Of a DNA stretch of 64,000 nucleotides, positions 31,916 through 43,296 are shown piece by piece. A program made the position numbers and the translations under genes. Each line of letters opens with the position of its first letter. The stretch's first letter is position 1. The notes beneath the pieces were generated by a model. The model was not told where the DNA came from, searched no databases, and saw nothing but the letters and a program-made list of their open reading frames with translations. Source of the DNA: Rhynchopus sp. YZ270_cl-10 (Eukaryota); contig OZ037847.1 of NCBI GenBank assembly GCA_964035575.1, positions 682,001-746,000 on the forward strand, read 5' to 3'.

Positions 31916-32485
31916 CGAATCATCCGCGGGTTATCGGACTACTTCATGAAAGAAACAAAAAACAACTGCACAACTCTGGAACAAAAAGAAGAATGGAAAA
32001 AAATGTATAAACATAAACTGAAAATCTGGCGTACCAGACAAAAACGGAGCACAAAAACAGACTCGGGAGACCTACTTTCGCGGTCGAGTGAATCAAATGG
32101 AAAACGTTGAAACCTCTATTGTTGAAAAATTAGTGGAAAAGAGTGTGATACCCTCACACCCCCCACGCCACGTGGTATAGGTAATTCAAAACGCCACTCT
32201 AGCATTTCGGAACCTTAAAAACCACAAACCGAACGTTGGAGATACATGATTATTAAACACGGGGGCAGTGAAGTCACCTACTTGCATGTGGTACGCACAG
32301 TAACCCACACGCACCTGAAAGAACGCAGTAAGCCGGCACACATCCCCACTCCCCCCCAAAAAAAAAGCTACCAACAACCAAGCGCTGTCACGCTTCCATT
32401 GCAAGGCTCGCTTTCCCCCCTTAACACGATAGTTCTCTTCCCCCCCCATCCCTCTCTGACCCCTCCTCCTCTCCCAACTGAGACA

Positions 32486-34582
32486 TCATATCAATGACAT
32501 CTGCAGGTTGTCCGGAAACTTCCGGTCCGGTTTGGTCGGTATAGGAAGCACCAGGGGATGGTGCGATGAGTTTGCAGTCCCCTCACTCCCCCCTCCCACC
32601 AGACCCCCGAGCAGCCCGCTCTCTGCTGCCTGTGGATTTTGGATCAACTCGTTTGACCCGAGGACACCGGCGAGGATCCCTTGGGGGATTGGTGCGTAGG
32701 TTTCATCATCTAAATGGTTTGGGGCAGGGTGGTTGAAAGGTGCGGCAGTTGCGCTGGATGGCATGGGCACTGTCACGGAGCTGGCAGTGCTGACCGGAAC
32801 ACCGAAGCCCAACCCAATCTCCCCTGGGCTGCCACCGCTAGGGGAGGTATCAGCAGAATCGCAGTGGTTCAAAGCAGACTCCTGCGATGCAGTGACACGC
32901 AGGTCGTTTCCTTGCACCTTCTTCCACCGCATAGGCCGCCGTTTGCGTTCAACCGACTCTCCTTTACTAAACGTCGCAAGCCCCTGCAGCATCTCCGCTT
33001 CCTGTTTATGGTCAACTGAAGGAATTCCCATGGGGGCTGGCTGCTTGCTCTTCCGCCTCATAGTGCCAATAAGGATGAGGGCCACATAAATGCCAAGAGA
33101 TGTGAGGGCAATAACGTAAACTGAGGTGGAATATTTCATCCCCGTCTCGACGTCTTCCTTCACACCGTATGCTAATGCGGCTAGACACCCTGCAGGCGCA
33201 ACAGAGATGAGGACGTACTTTGCGCGGGTTTCAAGAAATGTGGGTCTGTGTATCGCCAAGGCAAGACATTCCAAGACGCAGGTAATGAAGATCGAATAGC
33301 CAGTATAATGGTCGACAGCATCCTGCAAACGGAAGCCCTCTGGTGTCATAAACGGCAATGACACCAAAAACCCGACCACCGAGGTGATCACCGCGACCAC
33401 CTCCCTCGTTGCTGTCAGCTCCAACCTCGAGAGAAAGTCTAGTGTGAAGGTAATCAACGTCTCCGCCCACGTCAAAATCGTTGTATACCCAAGAAAAAAT
33501 ATCGAAATGAACATCAAAAGACAGTGCACCCCTCCATAAGGGATTTCCGACAGTCCAGCAGGGAGTTGTACGAAGGTGAGCGATGGGCCTTCATCGTTTG
33601 CGATGGACTTTAACAATTCTTCTTCGTTGCCTTTCATATGAGAGCCGATCACTGCAAACACTAGCATCCCTGCTATGAACGACACCAACGCGTCTATTAC
33701 TGTCACAAACACTGCAATCCTGAAGATTGGGGCATCCTTCCTTGCATACGAAGCCAACGTGATAGTTGCCCCGGTACCTGGCGACAGCGAGAACAGATTA
33801 TGCGATGTAGCATCTATCAGGACTGTTGTGTCAAAGTATGTTGTGTTTGCTCCTACCCCAAAAAAGGCGCGTACCCCTTTGGGCGCGCCATCTAAAGCCA
33901 AGCATCGGAAGAACAGAATGGTAAGAATAAACATTGGGATGACCGTCATCCCATAAAAAAGATAGTTCCGTTGTTGCAACGGCCTGCGTTTCATAAGATA
34001 GATGCAAAACCAGACTGCAAGCGTGGCGAGGGTGGCACGCCATTGGGGACTCCCTAGGTTGTTTTCTTGCGTCACATCGAGGGGTCGAGGGTAGTCCTCT
34101 AGCACCGTACTCTGCCAAAAATAGCTTGCAGAATACATCCCAACCGGAAGCGAGCCAATCTTAAAGGCCTCCATCTCCCAAGGCTGTGGGGTCATCAAAC
34201 TCCCCACAGAATACATCAAAGCGTACCCAATGCGCACACTATACCATCCCTGCGTAACCGTCAACACAAACGAAGTTGCCCAACCCAACCCCGTCCACGC
34301 CGGGTGTATCATATGATAGCAATACGACGTACTCTTCTGTGTACTCGACCCAAGAAGCAGCTCCAAATAAAACAACGGCAGCGCAATAAGCACCCGGGTT
34401 ACAACATAAGCCACAATAAACCCACCACCACCATGCTTCCCGACAAGATAAGGAAACCCCATCACATTGCCCAACCCTACACAATACCCCAAAAGCGCGA
34501 ACACCAAGTCGGAAGTGCGAACACCAACATTAGGGTTATGGCTGACATGGACGACGCTAGGGAAAGCCCCTGCACCATCCAT
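32486..34582 (-). CDS. SLC6/NSS sodium:neurotransmitter symporter family transporter (probably amino acids)
   Basis: GYCVGLGNVMGFPYL..KHGGGGF, LFYLELLLG, W.GLG, FSLSPG.G..TLASY, GPSLTFV.LP; many TM helices. Confidence 0.92.
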   Translation of the reverse strand: MDGAGAFPSVVHVSHNPNVGVRTSDLVFALLGYCVGLGNVMGFPYLVGKHGGGGFIVAYVVTRVLIALPLFYLELLLGSSTQKSTSYCYHMIHPAWTGLGWATSFVLTVTQGWYSVRIGYALMYSVGSLMTPQPWEMEAFKIGSLPVGMYSASYFWQSTVLEDYPRPLDVTQENNLGSPQWRATLATLAVWFCIYLMKRRPLQQRNYLFYGMTVIPMFILTILFFRCLALDGAPKGVRAFFGVGANTTYFDTTVLIDATSHNLFSLSPGTGATITLASYARKDAPIFRIAVFVTVIDALVSFIAGMLVFAVIGSHMKGNEEELLKSIANDEGPSLTFVQLPAGLSEIPYGGVHCLLMFISIFFLGYTTILTWAETLITFTLDFLSRLELTATREVVAVITSVVGFLVSLPFMTPEGFRLQDAVDHYTGYSIFITCVLECLALAIHRPTFLETRAKYVLISVAPAGCLAALAYGVKEDVETGMKYSTSVYVIALTSLGIYVALILIGTMRRKSKQPAPMGIPSVDHKQEAEMLQGLATFSKGESVERKRRPMRWKKVQGNDLRVTASQESALNHCDSADTSPSGGSPGEIGLGFGVPVSTASSVTVPMPSSATAAPFNHPAPNHLDDETYAPIPQGILAGVLGSNELIQNPQAAESGLLGGLVGGGSEGTANSSHHPLVLPIPTKPDRKFPDNLQMSLI

Positions 34583-34798
34583 CTAAAAAGTGTGTTTCAG
34601 CGATTGTGCTTTTTTTTGCTGAGCGGAGAATAAGGAGGATAAGGAGAATAAGGAGGGTGAGAGGGGGAGAAAAAAAATGATAAAATAATGTCGCTTTTTT
34701 TGTAAATCCACAAAGGTGTGTGTCGGAGTGAGACGAGATGTTTGTGTACAAAACTAGACGATATCATCCGCCAACTGGTCTTGATAACAATAAAAATA

Positions 34799-34935
34799 TA
34801 ACAGTGTTTTTCGTTGAACGCAGCCAAATAGGGGTAAAAATCTGTTTGGCGCAAGGTGAAAGGAATCAAGGGGAAATACTGTTATACAAGATCTGAACGT
34901 TGGCTTTCTTTTTGTCTAGTTTCTTAATACACTAC
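34799..34935. repeat. Dispersed repeat, copy 2 (see 1683-1786)
   Basis: Collinear shared blocks, same orientation. Confidence 0.75.
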
Positions 34936-35161
34936 GTGTTTGGAAAAAAAAAATATCGTATTTTTTTTTTTTGGAGAATACGAGGATAGAAGCGAAGTCC
35001 TCCAAATTTTGTCAAAATAACAAAAAAAGCGAATTTTAAACCAACAGTCAGACACTCTCCTAAAAAAAAGATTTGGGCAATCCATCAAAATCTCTTTAGC
35101 CCCCCCACTAGGGGTTTTTCTTTGTATCCTACCCCCCACCGGCATCCTCCTCCTCCTCCAC

Positions 35162-36061
35162 CTACGCCTCGCACCCCGCAAGCAACGTTACCTTCAGTTT
35201 TTGCGCAGCAGTATTCCCTTCTGGGAGTGCATTGAGATCCTCCAGCGCCTCTTTGACTTTGCCAAGATGGGCAAACGCGGACGCTCTTCTGTACAGACTC
35301 TTTTCGTGTGATGGGGTAAGCCTTAGTGCTTCTGCTGCAGAATTAGCTGCAGAGGTGTAGTCACCCGCTGCTAGCGTGGCTTGCGCATGATTCGAATGCA
35401 ACGCTGTAGCAAGCGATGTGATCTTCTCCTGCATGGACGGCGCTGCCAGCACCAACACCTCCACACAGTACTCTATGAGCAGCGTACCCTTCGCATACTG
35501 CACTGCAGCCTCCGCACACTTCCCCCTTTTCATCAAAGCGTTCCCTTCCTCCTTGTACACATGCGCATCGCGGAACTTCCTTGCAACGGTCTGCTTCAAA
35601 TCCTTCGCCTTCTCCTCAAACTCCACATCCACCCTATGCTCCTCGGCGTCCTTCTTGTAGTCTACGGTCTCCACTGCGACTCTGCCGTTCTCAGCGCGCA
35701 TCATTGTTGGCGCCTCTTCGGGGTCATGCCGGTCTTCGTTTTCGAGCTCTAATATTGCCTTTTCAGCGTCATACTTATCCCATTCAGAGAACGGTGATGG
35801 TTGCGGCTTTGTGCTTTGGGCGGTTTGCTTCAATGGTGTTGTCGTTGGTGGGGTAGAGGTGGGGGTAGGTGTGGTGGTGGTGGGGGTGGTGGTGGTGGTC
35901 GTAGTGTTAGTGGTGTTGCCCCAATTCTTCTGGATCTGCGCAATCTCAGCAGCGTCGCTCCCCTTCAGCGCGTCGAGGTCGAGTCCCCCAGGGCCCAAGT
36001 GCTCATCATCACTATCCACATATTGGTCCCACTTCGAATATTTATCTCCAATCGACACCAT
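35162..36061 (-). CDS. TPR-domain protein, probable Hsp90/Hsp70 co-chaperone
   Basis: N-terminal KYSKWD and FSEWDKYD motifs, Thr-rich linker, TPRs KEEGNALMK..A...Y, LHSNHAQA, HEKSLYRRA. Confidence 0.85.
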   Translation of the reverse strand: MVSIGDKYSKWDQYVDSDDEHLGPGGLDLDALKGSDAAEIAQIQKNWGNTTNTTTTTTTPTTTTPTPTSTPPTTTPLKQTAQSTKPQPSPFSEWDKYDAEKAILELENEDRHDPEEAPTMMRAENGRVAVETVDYKKDAEEHRVDVEFEEKAKDLKQTVARKFRDAHVYKEEGNALMKRGKCAEAAVQYAKGTLLIEYCVEVLVLAAPSMQEKITSLATALHSNHAQATLAAGDYTSAANSAAEALRLTPSHEKSLYRRASAFAHLGKVKEALEDLNALPEGNTAAQKLKVTLLAGCEA

Positions 36062-38495
36062 TTTTCTAATATTTTCCTTTGTTGGGCTGAGGGGAGAGGA
36101 AGAGGGGGAGGAGGAGGAGGGGGAGTGATAAAAAAGTAGGGGAAATAAATTTTGTTTTTTTTTTGTACTATTTGGAGGGAGAGAGAGGGGGGTACTTTGT
36201 GGGGCGGTCGGTGTTTGGGTGTGTTTTTCGAATAAAAATTTGTTCCAAATCCCTTCGTTCTCAAATACTATCCATAGTTTTTGTTTTTTAATTTTTTGTT
36301 TTTTTTGGGGAAAGGCGTGGAGGGGAGATATAGTGTGTGGAGAGAGAAAAAACAAAAGTTGCAAGATGAATGCGCCCCTCCTGTGCCCTTCCGTATCTTT
36401 AGAAGGTGGAAGGAGAGGGTTTTTTTTCCTCTGTATCTTAATAGGGCACCACCCACATTCACCTATATTTTTTTGTATTGACCCCAGTATATTTCGTTCT
36501 GTTCACATCTCCAATTGACTCGCCCTTTTCCCTTTTATTAACGACCAGAGGTACCCAAATTTAAATACCAATGAACATTATCAGAGGGGAGAAGGGGAGT
36601 ACTGAAAAAAGAAAAAGACAAAACAAACAAAAAAAGGCGAATGCCTGTAACTCTCGCACAGAAAGCAAAAAATGCATCTGTATTATGATATGTTGGCAAT
36701 AGTGTGGACCGTCATTCAGACAGTCATCACTACAAGAAGGGGGGGAGCGGGGATAAGTACATAGGACGATACAATGTGTGTTTTTTTTTTTTTTGTTTGT
36801 TTTTTTGAAATTTTTTTGGAAAGACTAAAAAAACCTGAGAAGAAGAAACTACCCCCGTTCTGCCATTTTTGCATTTTGTTTTGTTCTGTTTTTGGTATCG
36901 AAGTTGAAGATGTGCACCTCCCAAAATCGCCAAAAAAAATAATAACAAAAAATAAATGGCAGTTATTAATGCAAGCAACCCCGACTGACCCACATACGAT
37001 GCCAGCTATTTGGATGAAAAGCACAAAACAAAGTAAAGCAAAGCACGTTCAAGGCATTGCTGGGGGGGAAGAGGGGTGGGTATGTGGATGGGACATTGTG
37101 CAAGCTAAAACTCCTGTTTCTTTTTTTCTTCTCCGAAACCGTATTGGATAACACCACTCTTGCATTTTCTTATGTTAAGATTGAAGGGGGTAGATAAGAG
37201 GCAGGGGGGGACTGAACGGGTGGGGGTTACAAAAAATAATTCCATACAAAAAAAAAAAGAAAAAAACAAACAATCCTGCAACGTAAGTCCCCGAAGGGTC
37301 CCCCCCCACCCCAAGAAAAGTAAACCCTTTTTGAAGCTTGGTTATTAGTACAAAACGCACTTTACCCTTTTTTTTGGATACAAAAAACACATCACGGCGT
37401 TGGTGGTTCAAATGGGAAAGATCTGAACTGGACACTTCACCCCCCTTAATAAAAAGGCTTATCATACACGTCCTGTGGATTGGTGGGTTTGAAAAAGTTT
37501 GTTTCAATGTGGATTGGTGGGGTACAAAGTGAAATTGATAGTGCGAAACGCCTCTGGGACGCAGGCTCTGACACTCCGCAGGTTATATTATACAAAACAA
37601 GACTTTGAAAGGTGTATCTCACGTCATTCCACGGCTTGAAAAAAAAAAGCCTTACGATATTGATCACTGTTGAAGAAATATTGGTAATAATATTCTAAAC
37701 GAAAGCCTCAAAACAAGACTGTGCCGTCAGAAGAGGCACCATAGTGTTACATATCAGCAAAACACTCACTGTAAACATACCTCTGACTGGGGCAGCAAAG
37801 TCCGCCTGTCTGCGTGGTGACACAGAGTTTGCTGAGACAAACCCGGTAGGCCTCGATACCCTGTAGGTTAATGTGTAGTTTGTTTGTTGTTTTTTGATAA
37901 AACAACGTATTGCCAATTCTAAAAAAGATTGGAGACAGCGCTGCCGACAAACAAAAACGGATTGAAAAAGACAGAAGCGTGCTTGTTTTCTTTGAGTACT
38001 CAATTAACCACAACAATACTTCAGTGACACATTTTTCCACCTTTTTGTTTTCCGGATTTGAGCGCACAAACAAAGATGCACAAAATTCCAAGCGAGGAAG
38101 GAGGTACATGGGCTGAGACCATCCGCGACCAGCCTGACAGCCTGATCTGTCCTCCTTGTTGTTACGCAAACCGTCATGGAGCGCCTGCACATGGAATGGC
38201 CACCACAGATGTGGTCGGTGTCTCAGACGGTGAGTCTAGCTCCGCCAACCACGGGGTAAATCCCCAAGCCCCCAACATCGATGAGCTGTCTAGAATCGAA
38301 CATCGTTTGTTGACGATAAATGGAAAACGTGTGTGCTCTTGTTTCATGGAAACCGTCACCATATCACGCATCCACTCATACCCAGGATCAAGAAATTTCA
38401 AAGGGGGGAGAACGTAGTGTATTTTTTGAAGAATTGTTGCAATAGTGTAGTTACCACCTGTGCAAGCTCTACTGTCAGTTTTTGAGAAATTAAAA

Positions 38496-38541
38496 GAAAA
38501 GTTTATAAGATGATCCTAAGCCTCTCGTGCTTAGTCACCTT
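38496..38541 (-). repeat. Dispersed hairpin, subtype A (consensus-like copy)
   Basis: AAGATGA TC CTAAGC CTCTCGT GCTTAG TCACCTT; further copies near 11961, 14237, 22437, 23442, 26479, 41448, 54696, 57726 and 58918. Confidence 0.8.
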
Positions 38542-38908
38542 TGTGGGGCCTTTAAAAAAAACACATACTTTGATCCCCCCGCCGCAACACGCCCATAGCC
38601 AAGCTGCAGAACCATATTGCTGAAATGCATTTCATCGGACAACGGTTTGTGCTGACACTGCAGACCCTTCAGCTGTGTTTAGCAAAAGTAATTTGATGCA
38701 AAAGAGGTGACCACCTCGAAGACTCAATCGCTACGTAAGCACACCAGATGCCCAATGCCATAGTATTGCTTTGGTTTATTTCTATATTGACAATTCCACA
38801 CTCACGACGGAGATAGAACACAAATGTCGCCCGAAGGCTGAATTTATATGCAAAATTTTGTTGTTTCATATACATTCTTTTTCTAATGAAAAGAAGGTAC
38901 AGAGGGTG

Positions 38909-41321
38909 CTAAAGAAGTACCCTCAAAATTTGTTGGACAATTAATTGAACATAAGGCCATACCCTTCTGAGCTCTGCTTCCAACTCTGAGATGTGTGTAT
39001 CGAGGTGGAGCTGGAGCGCTTCGTTCCTCTGTGTAAGGTCCGCGATGGAGGCAAGGGTGTTCTTCTTGCGCTCGACACGCTCTTCGTAATCGTTTTGCGC
39101 CTTTTGTGTGGTGTGGGTGGTGCCGTTCACTTCGCCGGTCATTTCGTTTTTCTCGACGCGGGCGAAGACGCGCTGGTCCTTTAGGCGGATGTTTGTCATC
39201 TTTGCTTGTTGGAGCTTGCGGATGGATTCAGCGATTCTGCTTGTTGCACGGTTGACCTGCATAGCTTTGGAACGCTCAATCCCAACGATGTCTACGCGAA
39301 GGTCCGAAAGACGTTCCATATGCGCGTTGTTCTGTGAGCTCAACACCTCAGAGCTGAGACGGATGCTGTCGGCCTCGGCCTGGCGCTCCTCCACCTGGGT
39401 GTTCTCCTCGCGTGTGTCGCACTCACCAGTAAGGCGTGCCGTCTCGCGGTTCATATAGCTCCGTTCAGAGTACTCCTTCGAAAGCTCGATCTCAACACCG
39501 TCCAGAACCTTGGAGCGGACGTCGATGCGGCCAAGAAGTTCGTCCAGATCTTCTTGGAGCTTTGCCGTCTTCGTTTTGTCCTTGCCCATCCCAAAGGCTT
39601 TGGAGAACGCCAACGCAAACTTCTTTTTCTTGAGGACCTGGATTTCCTGGTTGAGGTCTGCGGAGGCGAGGATGTGCTCCTGTTTTTGCTCCTCGATGTC
39701 CGCTTTCATGGTCTTTTCCACTACGAGGGCGGAATCGACCTCGTGGTTGCGCATGCTCTGCTGACGGTGTAGCTCGCGTATTTCGTCCATGTTCTCCTCG
39801 GCCGCGCGGTGCTGTTCCTCTACACGTTCCGCCTCTGCCTCCACGTTCCCCATCGCGGCAACCTCCTTCTCCAGCTGAATCTTCTGTACCCGTGCCTCCT
39901 CCATCGCCTCCTTGTTCGCAGCCATCTCCTTCCTCGTCTCCTCCGCCTCGACGATCTGCCGTTGCTGCTCCTCCTCACGCTTCTGCAGCTCCTCCTTCAT
40001 TTCCTCATACTGCGCCGTCTCAGGGTCCTCCGTCTTCAGCTGGTTGCGCAGTGCCGCAATCTCTGCCGCAAAGTGCCCTACATGTGCAGCCTCCTTCTGT
40101 TCGTTCTTGCGCACCGTGTTCACAATCTCCTTCGCCTTCATCGCATACCTGGTAAAGACAGTACAACAAGATGCAACATTAAACATACCTCAATGTGTTG
40201 TTGGTGTCCTCTCTGTTCATCTCTGAGGGTGAGATGGTGGCAAGCATCATGGTGTTGCTGTTCCCTCCGAGAGACTCGGAGAGGATGAACGTGAGCATGG
40301 AGTCACGGTAGGGGGGAAGCACTTTGGTTTTGTTTTGGGCGTTGTGGATGAGAGCGTCGATCACGCGACGGAGCGTTGTGAGGGAGAGGTTGATACGGGT
40401 CGCCTCCACGAGAGTGCTGCCTTGTGCTCCTGAGGCGGTAATACGCTCGGACCCTGCAAGATCGACAATGTTGATGTGAGCGTACGTTGTGATACCCTTC
40501 ACACCGTTCTTCGCAGTCACACACAACTGAAAGATTGCGTGCGAACGTGACGAAGTAGCATTCATCTTTGTCTCCGCAGTAGCCCTATGCTCCATACCGA
40601 ACCGCATCACCTTCTTCACCTTCTCTGCTGAGTCATGCCCCGTTTCCTTCCCCAATCTGACCAAACCTTCAACGTGAACACCAATCAACTTATTCTGTCT
40701 CACCTTCAATGCTTGATACGCACCTTCCTTCGGGCTACCCGGCTGCGACGGACGGCCCTTCGGAGACGCCCCAGCCGAGCTCTTTCTCCCCTTTTTGACC
40801 ACAATCTCATCCAAAAGATCCTTAATCTTTTCATTGTAGATCTCCATGAAGGAGATCGTTACCTCGTATTTCCATCCGCGCTTCTTTGTGCTTTCTATAC
40901 GGTTATAAAGAGAGTCGACCAGACGTGGCGCGACACCTGGGTCGGAGGGAGACCCAAGCATGGTGTATGTCTTACCCGATCCGGTCTGACCATATGCGAA
41001 GATGCAGGAGTGGTAGCCTTCAAGGGCAGAGTGGACTGCAGGCACACCCATCTCTTGGAAAACGTTTTCTTGGTCTGCAAAAGGCTTTGTGCAGATCTGT
41101 CTCTGAGCCTCGGGGATGGACCAGAAGGTGACTCCATATTCATAGGTGTCTACCACACTGCCATCCGCAGCCAGCATGTCCACCTTGGAGTTGTCTGGAT
41201 GCATGTAAACAATCGACATCGGGTATTCATTGCCATCCTTGTTCCCATCGCGCTCTCGTTTGTTAAAAGGTCTCACCCTCACCAATACCTTCACAGCCTC
41301 CTGCTTGTCGCCGGACCCCAT
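38909..41321 (-). CDS. N-terminal-motor kinesin (kinesin-3-like) with a coiled-coil tail; intron 40149-40188; a further 3' exon is possible
   Basis: VRVRP, FAYGQTGSGKT, EIYNE, NATSSRSH, DLAGSER, PYRDS.LT; a 40-nt GT-AG intron restores NTLR|YAMKAK; another GTATGG donor lies near 38961. Confidence 0.95.
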
Positions 41322-42612
41322 TGTATTTTTGGGGGGTTGTGAGGATGTGTGTTATGTGTGGTCCCCCAGAACAAAAAAAAACAGTGGTTTTGGGGTAGTC
41401 CTGAAAGGTGTCGTGGGGGGAAAAGGAGGGGAAAAAGAAAAGTTTATAAGATGATCCTAAGCCTCTCGTGCTTAGTTACCTTATCATATTCGTTATCAAA
41501 AAAAAAAGAAAAACAAAGGTGATGATCGAATCTTGTCGTGGTCATAATCGGTATTGTACAGCATCGTTGTACAAAAGGAGGGCCTTCGACCTTCGAGGAC
41601 CTTCGTGGGGGTATGCAGGCTTACATCCATTTCGTGGTTTACATCTGAAAAAAAAAGGCTCCGTTGTTGAGTTTTCCCGTGGGACTACTTTTTTGTGTTT
41701 TTTTTTTTTTTTATTTTCATTTTTTTTTTGAAAACTTCGTAGTGCAAGACACGAGAGATCTTTTCGCTAAAAAAACTTCCCCTTTGTTGAAAAAAAAAAA
41801 GGTTTTCATTTTTTAGCGTATGTTCTTTTCTCTCCACTTTCACTTTTTTTTTGCTTATATTTGCTATCTCTAGAACGTTGCAACAGTGGTGGGGTGGTGG
41901 GGGAAGGAGCAGAACATCAAAAAAAAAGGAACTAAGACTGAAAGGCAAGACCTGACGGGGGGGGTAATCCCAACACCATCATACCATCATGAGACCTTAT
42001 GCATTGCCTCTTCACACACAACTTTCCTCTTCGTTCCCCCCTATGTTAAAAAAAGGATGGTATTCACATCGTGTACACGCCCCATTGTCGATACACAAAA
42101 TCACGCACATCCAAAGGTTAGCTACATAGTATTTATGTCATTTTTTTTTACAATCCGTTGTAACTGCCAAAGACAGTTTTTCACAGAAAAACGAAGAAAA
42201 ATAAAAGACCTTCTGTTTGCGAGGAAATGCTTCAGGGTCCACATGACATCGCCCCTCCCCCCCATCCACACCTAAGAAATAAAATGGAACAGATCCCCCA
42301 CCTCCCCGCCCAATTTCCCCCCCTCTGCCCCCAATTTTTTTTTAACCCACATCTCAACGTGCACAGGCACATCAAGGCACCGACCTACGAGTCTATTCAT
42401 TCAAATTGAATTTGAAAGGAAAAAAAAAGAAAAAAAGAGAAGTTGAGTGCAAACGCCTCACCGTACACCAGGCGGACGTAGGTACTATGAAATATTATAG
42501 TATTGGTTTGTATCTAGACCAACCCCCAAGATGGGTTCTGTTCTGCCACCTAAAAAGGAAGATAGCTACAGTTTCTTTTTTGACAGTATTTTCACTATTT
42601 TTTTTGATAGTA

Positions 42613-43296
42613 TTAAATGACTCTGTCTGTATCCTTCATATGCTCGATGCTCATCACTATAGGCATGATTGGAGCGACGCGCGCAACGCTTGAGGTGACA
42701 CTCTTTTGCGACTCGACCTCCTTCCGCATGACCTGTATGGTTTCCTCGAGGATGGCCTTCTTTGCAATGAGCGCTGCAATCTTGCAGGCACCTTGCTCAA
42801 TGTGCGATGCATTTTCCATGTCAACCTTGCGGTTTTGCACGAGAAGCTCATTGGTGTATTTTTCCTCAATTTTGCGTCTTTTGCGGTTCGATTCTTGGAG
42901 CCTATCATTTTCACTTCGACGAAGCGCTTGCAAATCAAACTGCGACACACGCACTTTGTTCTGCCTTTCCAACGCCTCATCCACAAGCTTCAGGTGTTTC
43001 TTCTGCATTTCTTCGAGAAACGCCTTTTCACGCTTCTGACGCACCACCTCGCAGTTTCCGTACACCTCCATCACCTCCTCCGCCTTTGTGTCCATTTCCT
43101 GCACACTTTGCAATGCCTTCTCAAACTGCTCACGACTCGTCGCCACCGCTTCCACCATCTGCTTCAACTCCTGTTGCCTCCGACCATCAAATGGACGGTG
43201 CGGGCCAGACTTAGCCGGTTTCGGGGAAGTCTTGTTCGGCGATCCCTTAGGAGAAGTGTTAGGAGAACCCTGCGAGACTGCAGATAGGTTGGACAT
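42613..43296 (-). CDS. Helical/coiled-coil protein, cluster paralogue 1 (227 aa)
   Basis: C-terminal ILEETIQVMRKEVESQKSVT aligns with the other four cluster members. Confidence 0.85.
   Translation of the reverse strand: MSNLSAVSQGSPNTSPKGSPNKTSPKPAKSGPHRPFDGRRQQELKQMVEAVATSREQFEKALQSVQEMDTKAEEVMEVYGNCEVVRQKREKAFLEEMQKKHLKLVDEALERQNKVRVSQFDLQALRRSENDRLQESNRKRRKIEEKYTNELLVQNRKVDMENASHIEQGACKIAALIAKKAILEETIQVMRKEVESQKSVTSSVARVAPIMPIVMSIEHMKDTDRVI

Noticed and set aside
31845..31940. Hairpin family as fragments of a protein-coding gene (reads like DECAARAH..EVDSANASADAGT)
   Set aside because: Copies have frequent non-triplet indels, and conservation follows base pairing rather than codons.
42564..42576. 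AGCTACAGTTTCT resembling part of a euglenozoan spliced leader as I recall it
   Set aside because: Only 13 nt, on the non-coding strand, and the expected continuation GTACTTTATTG is absent.
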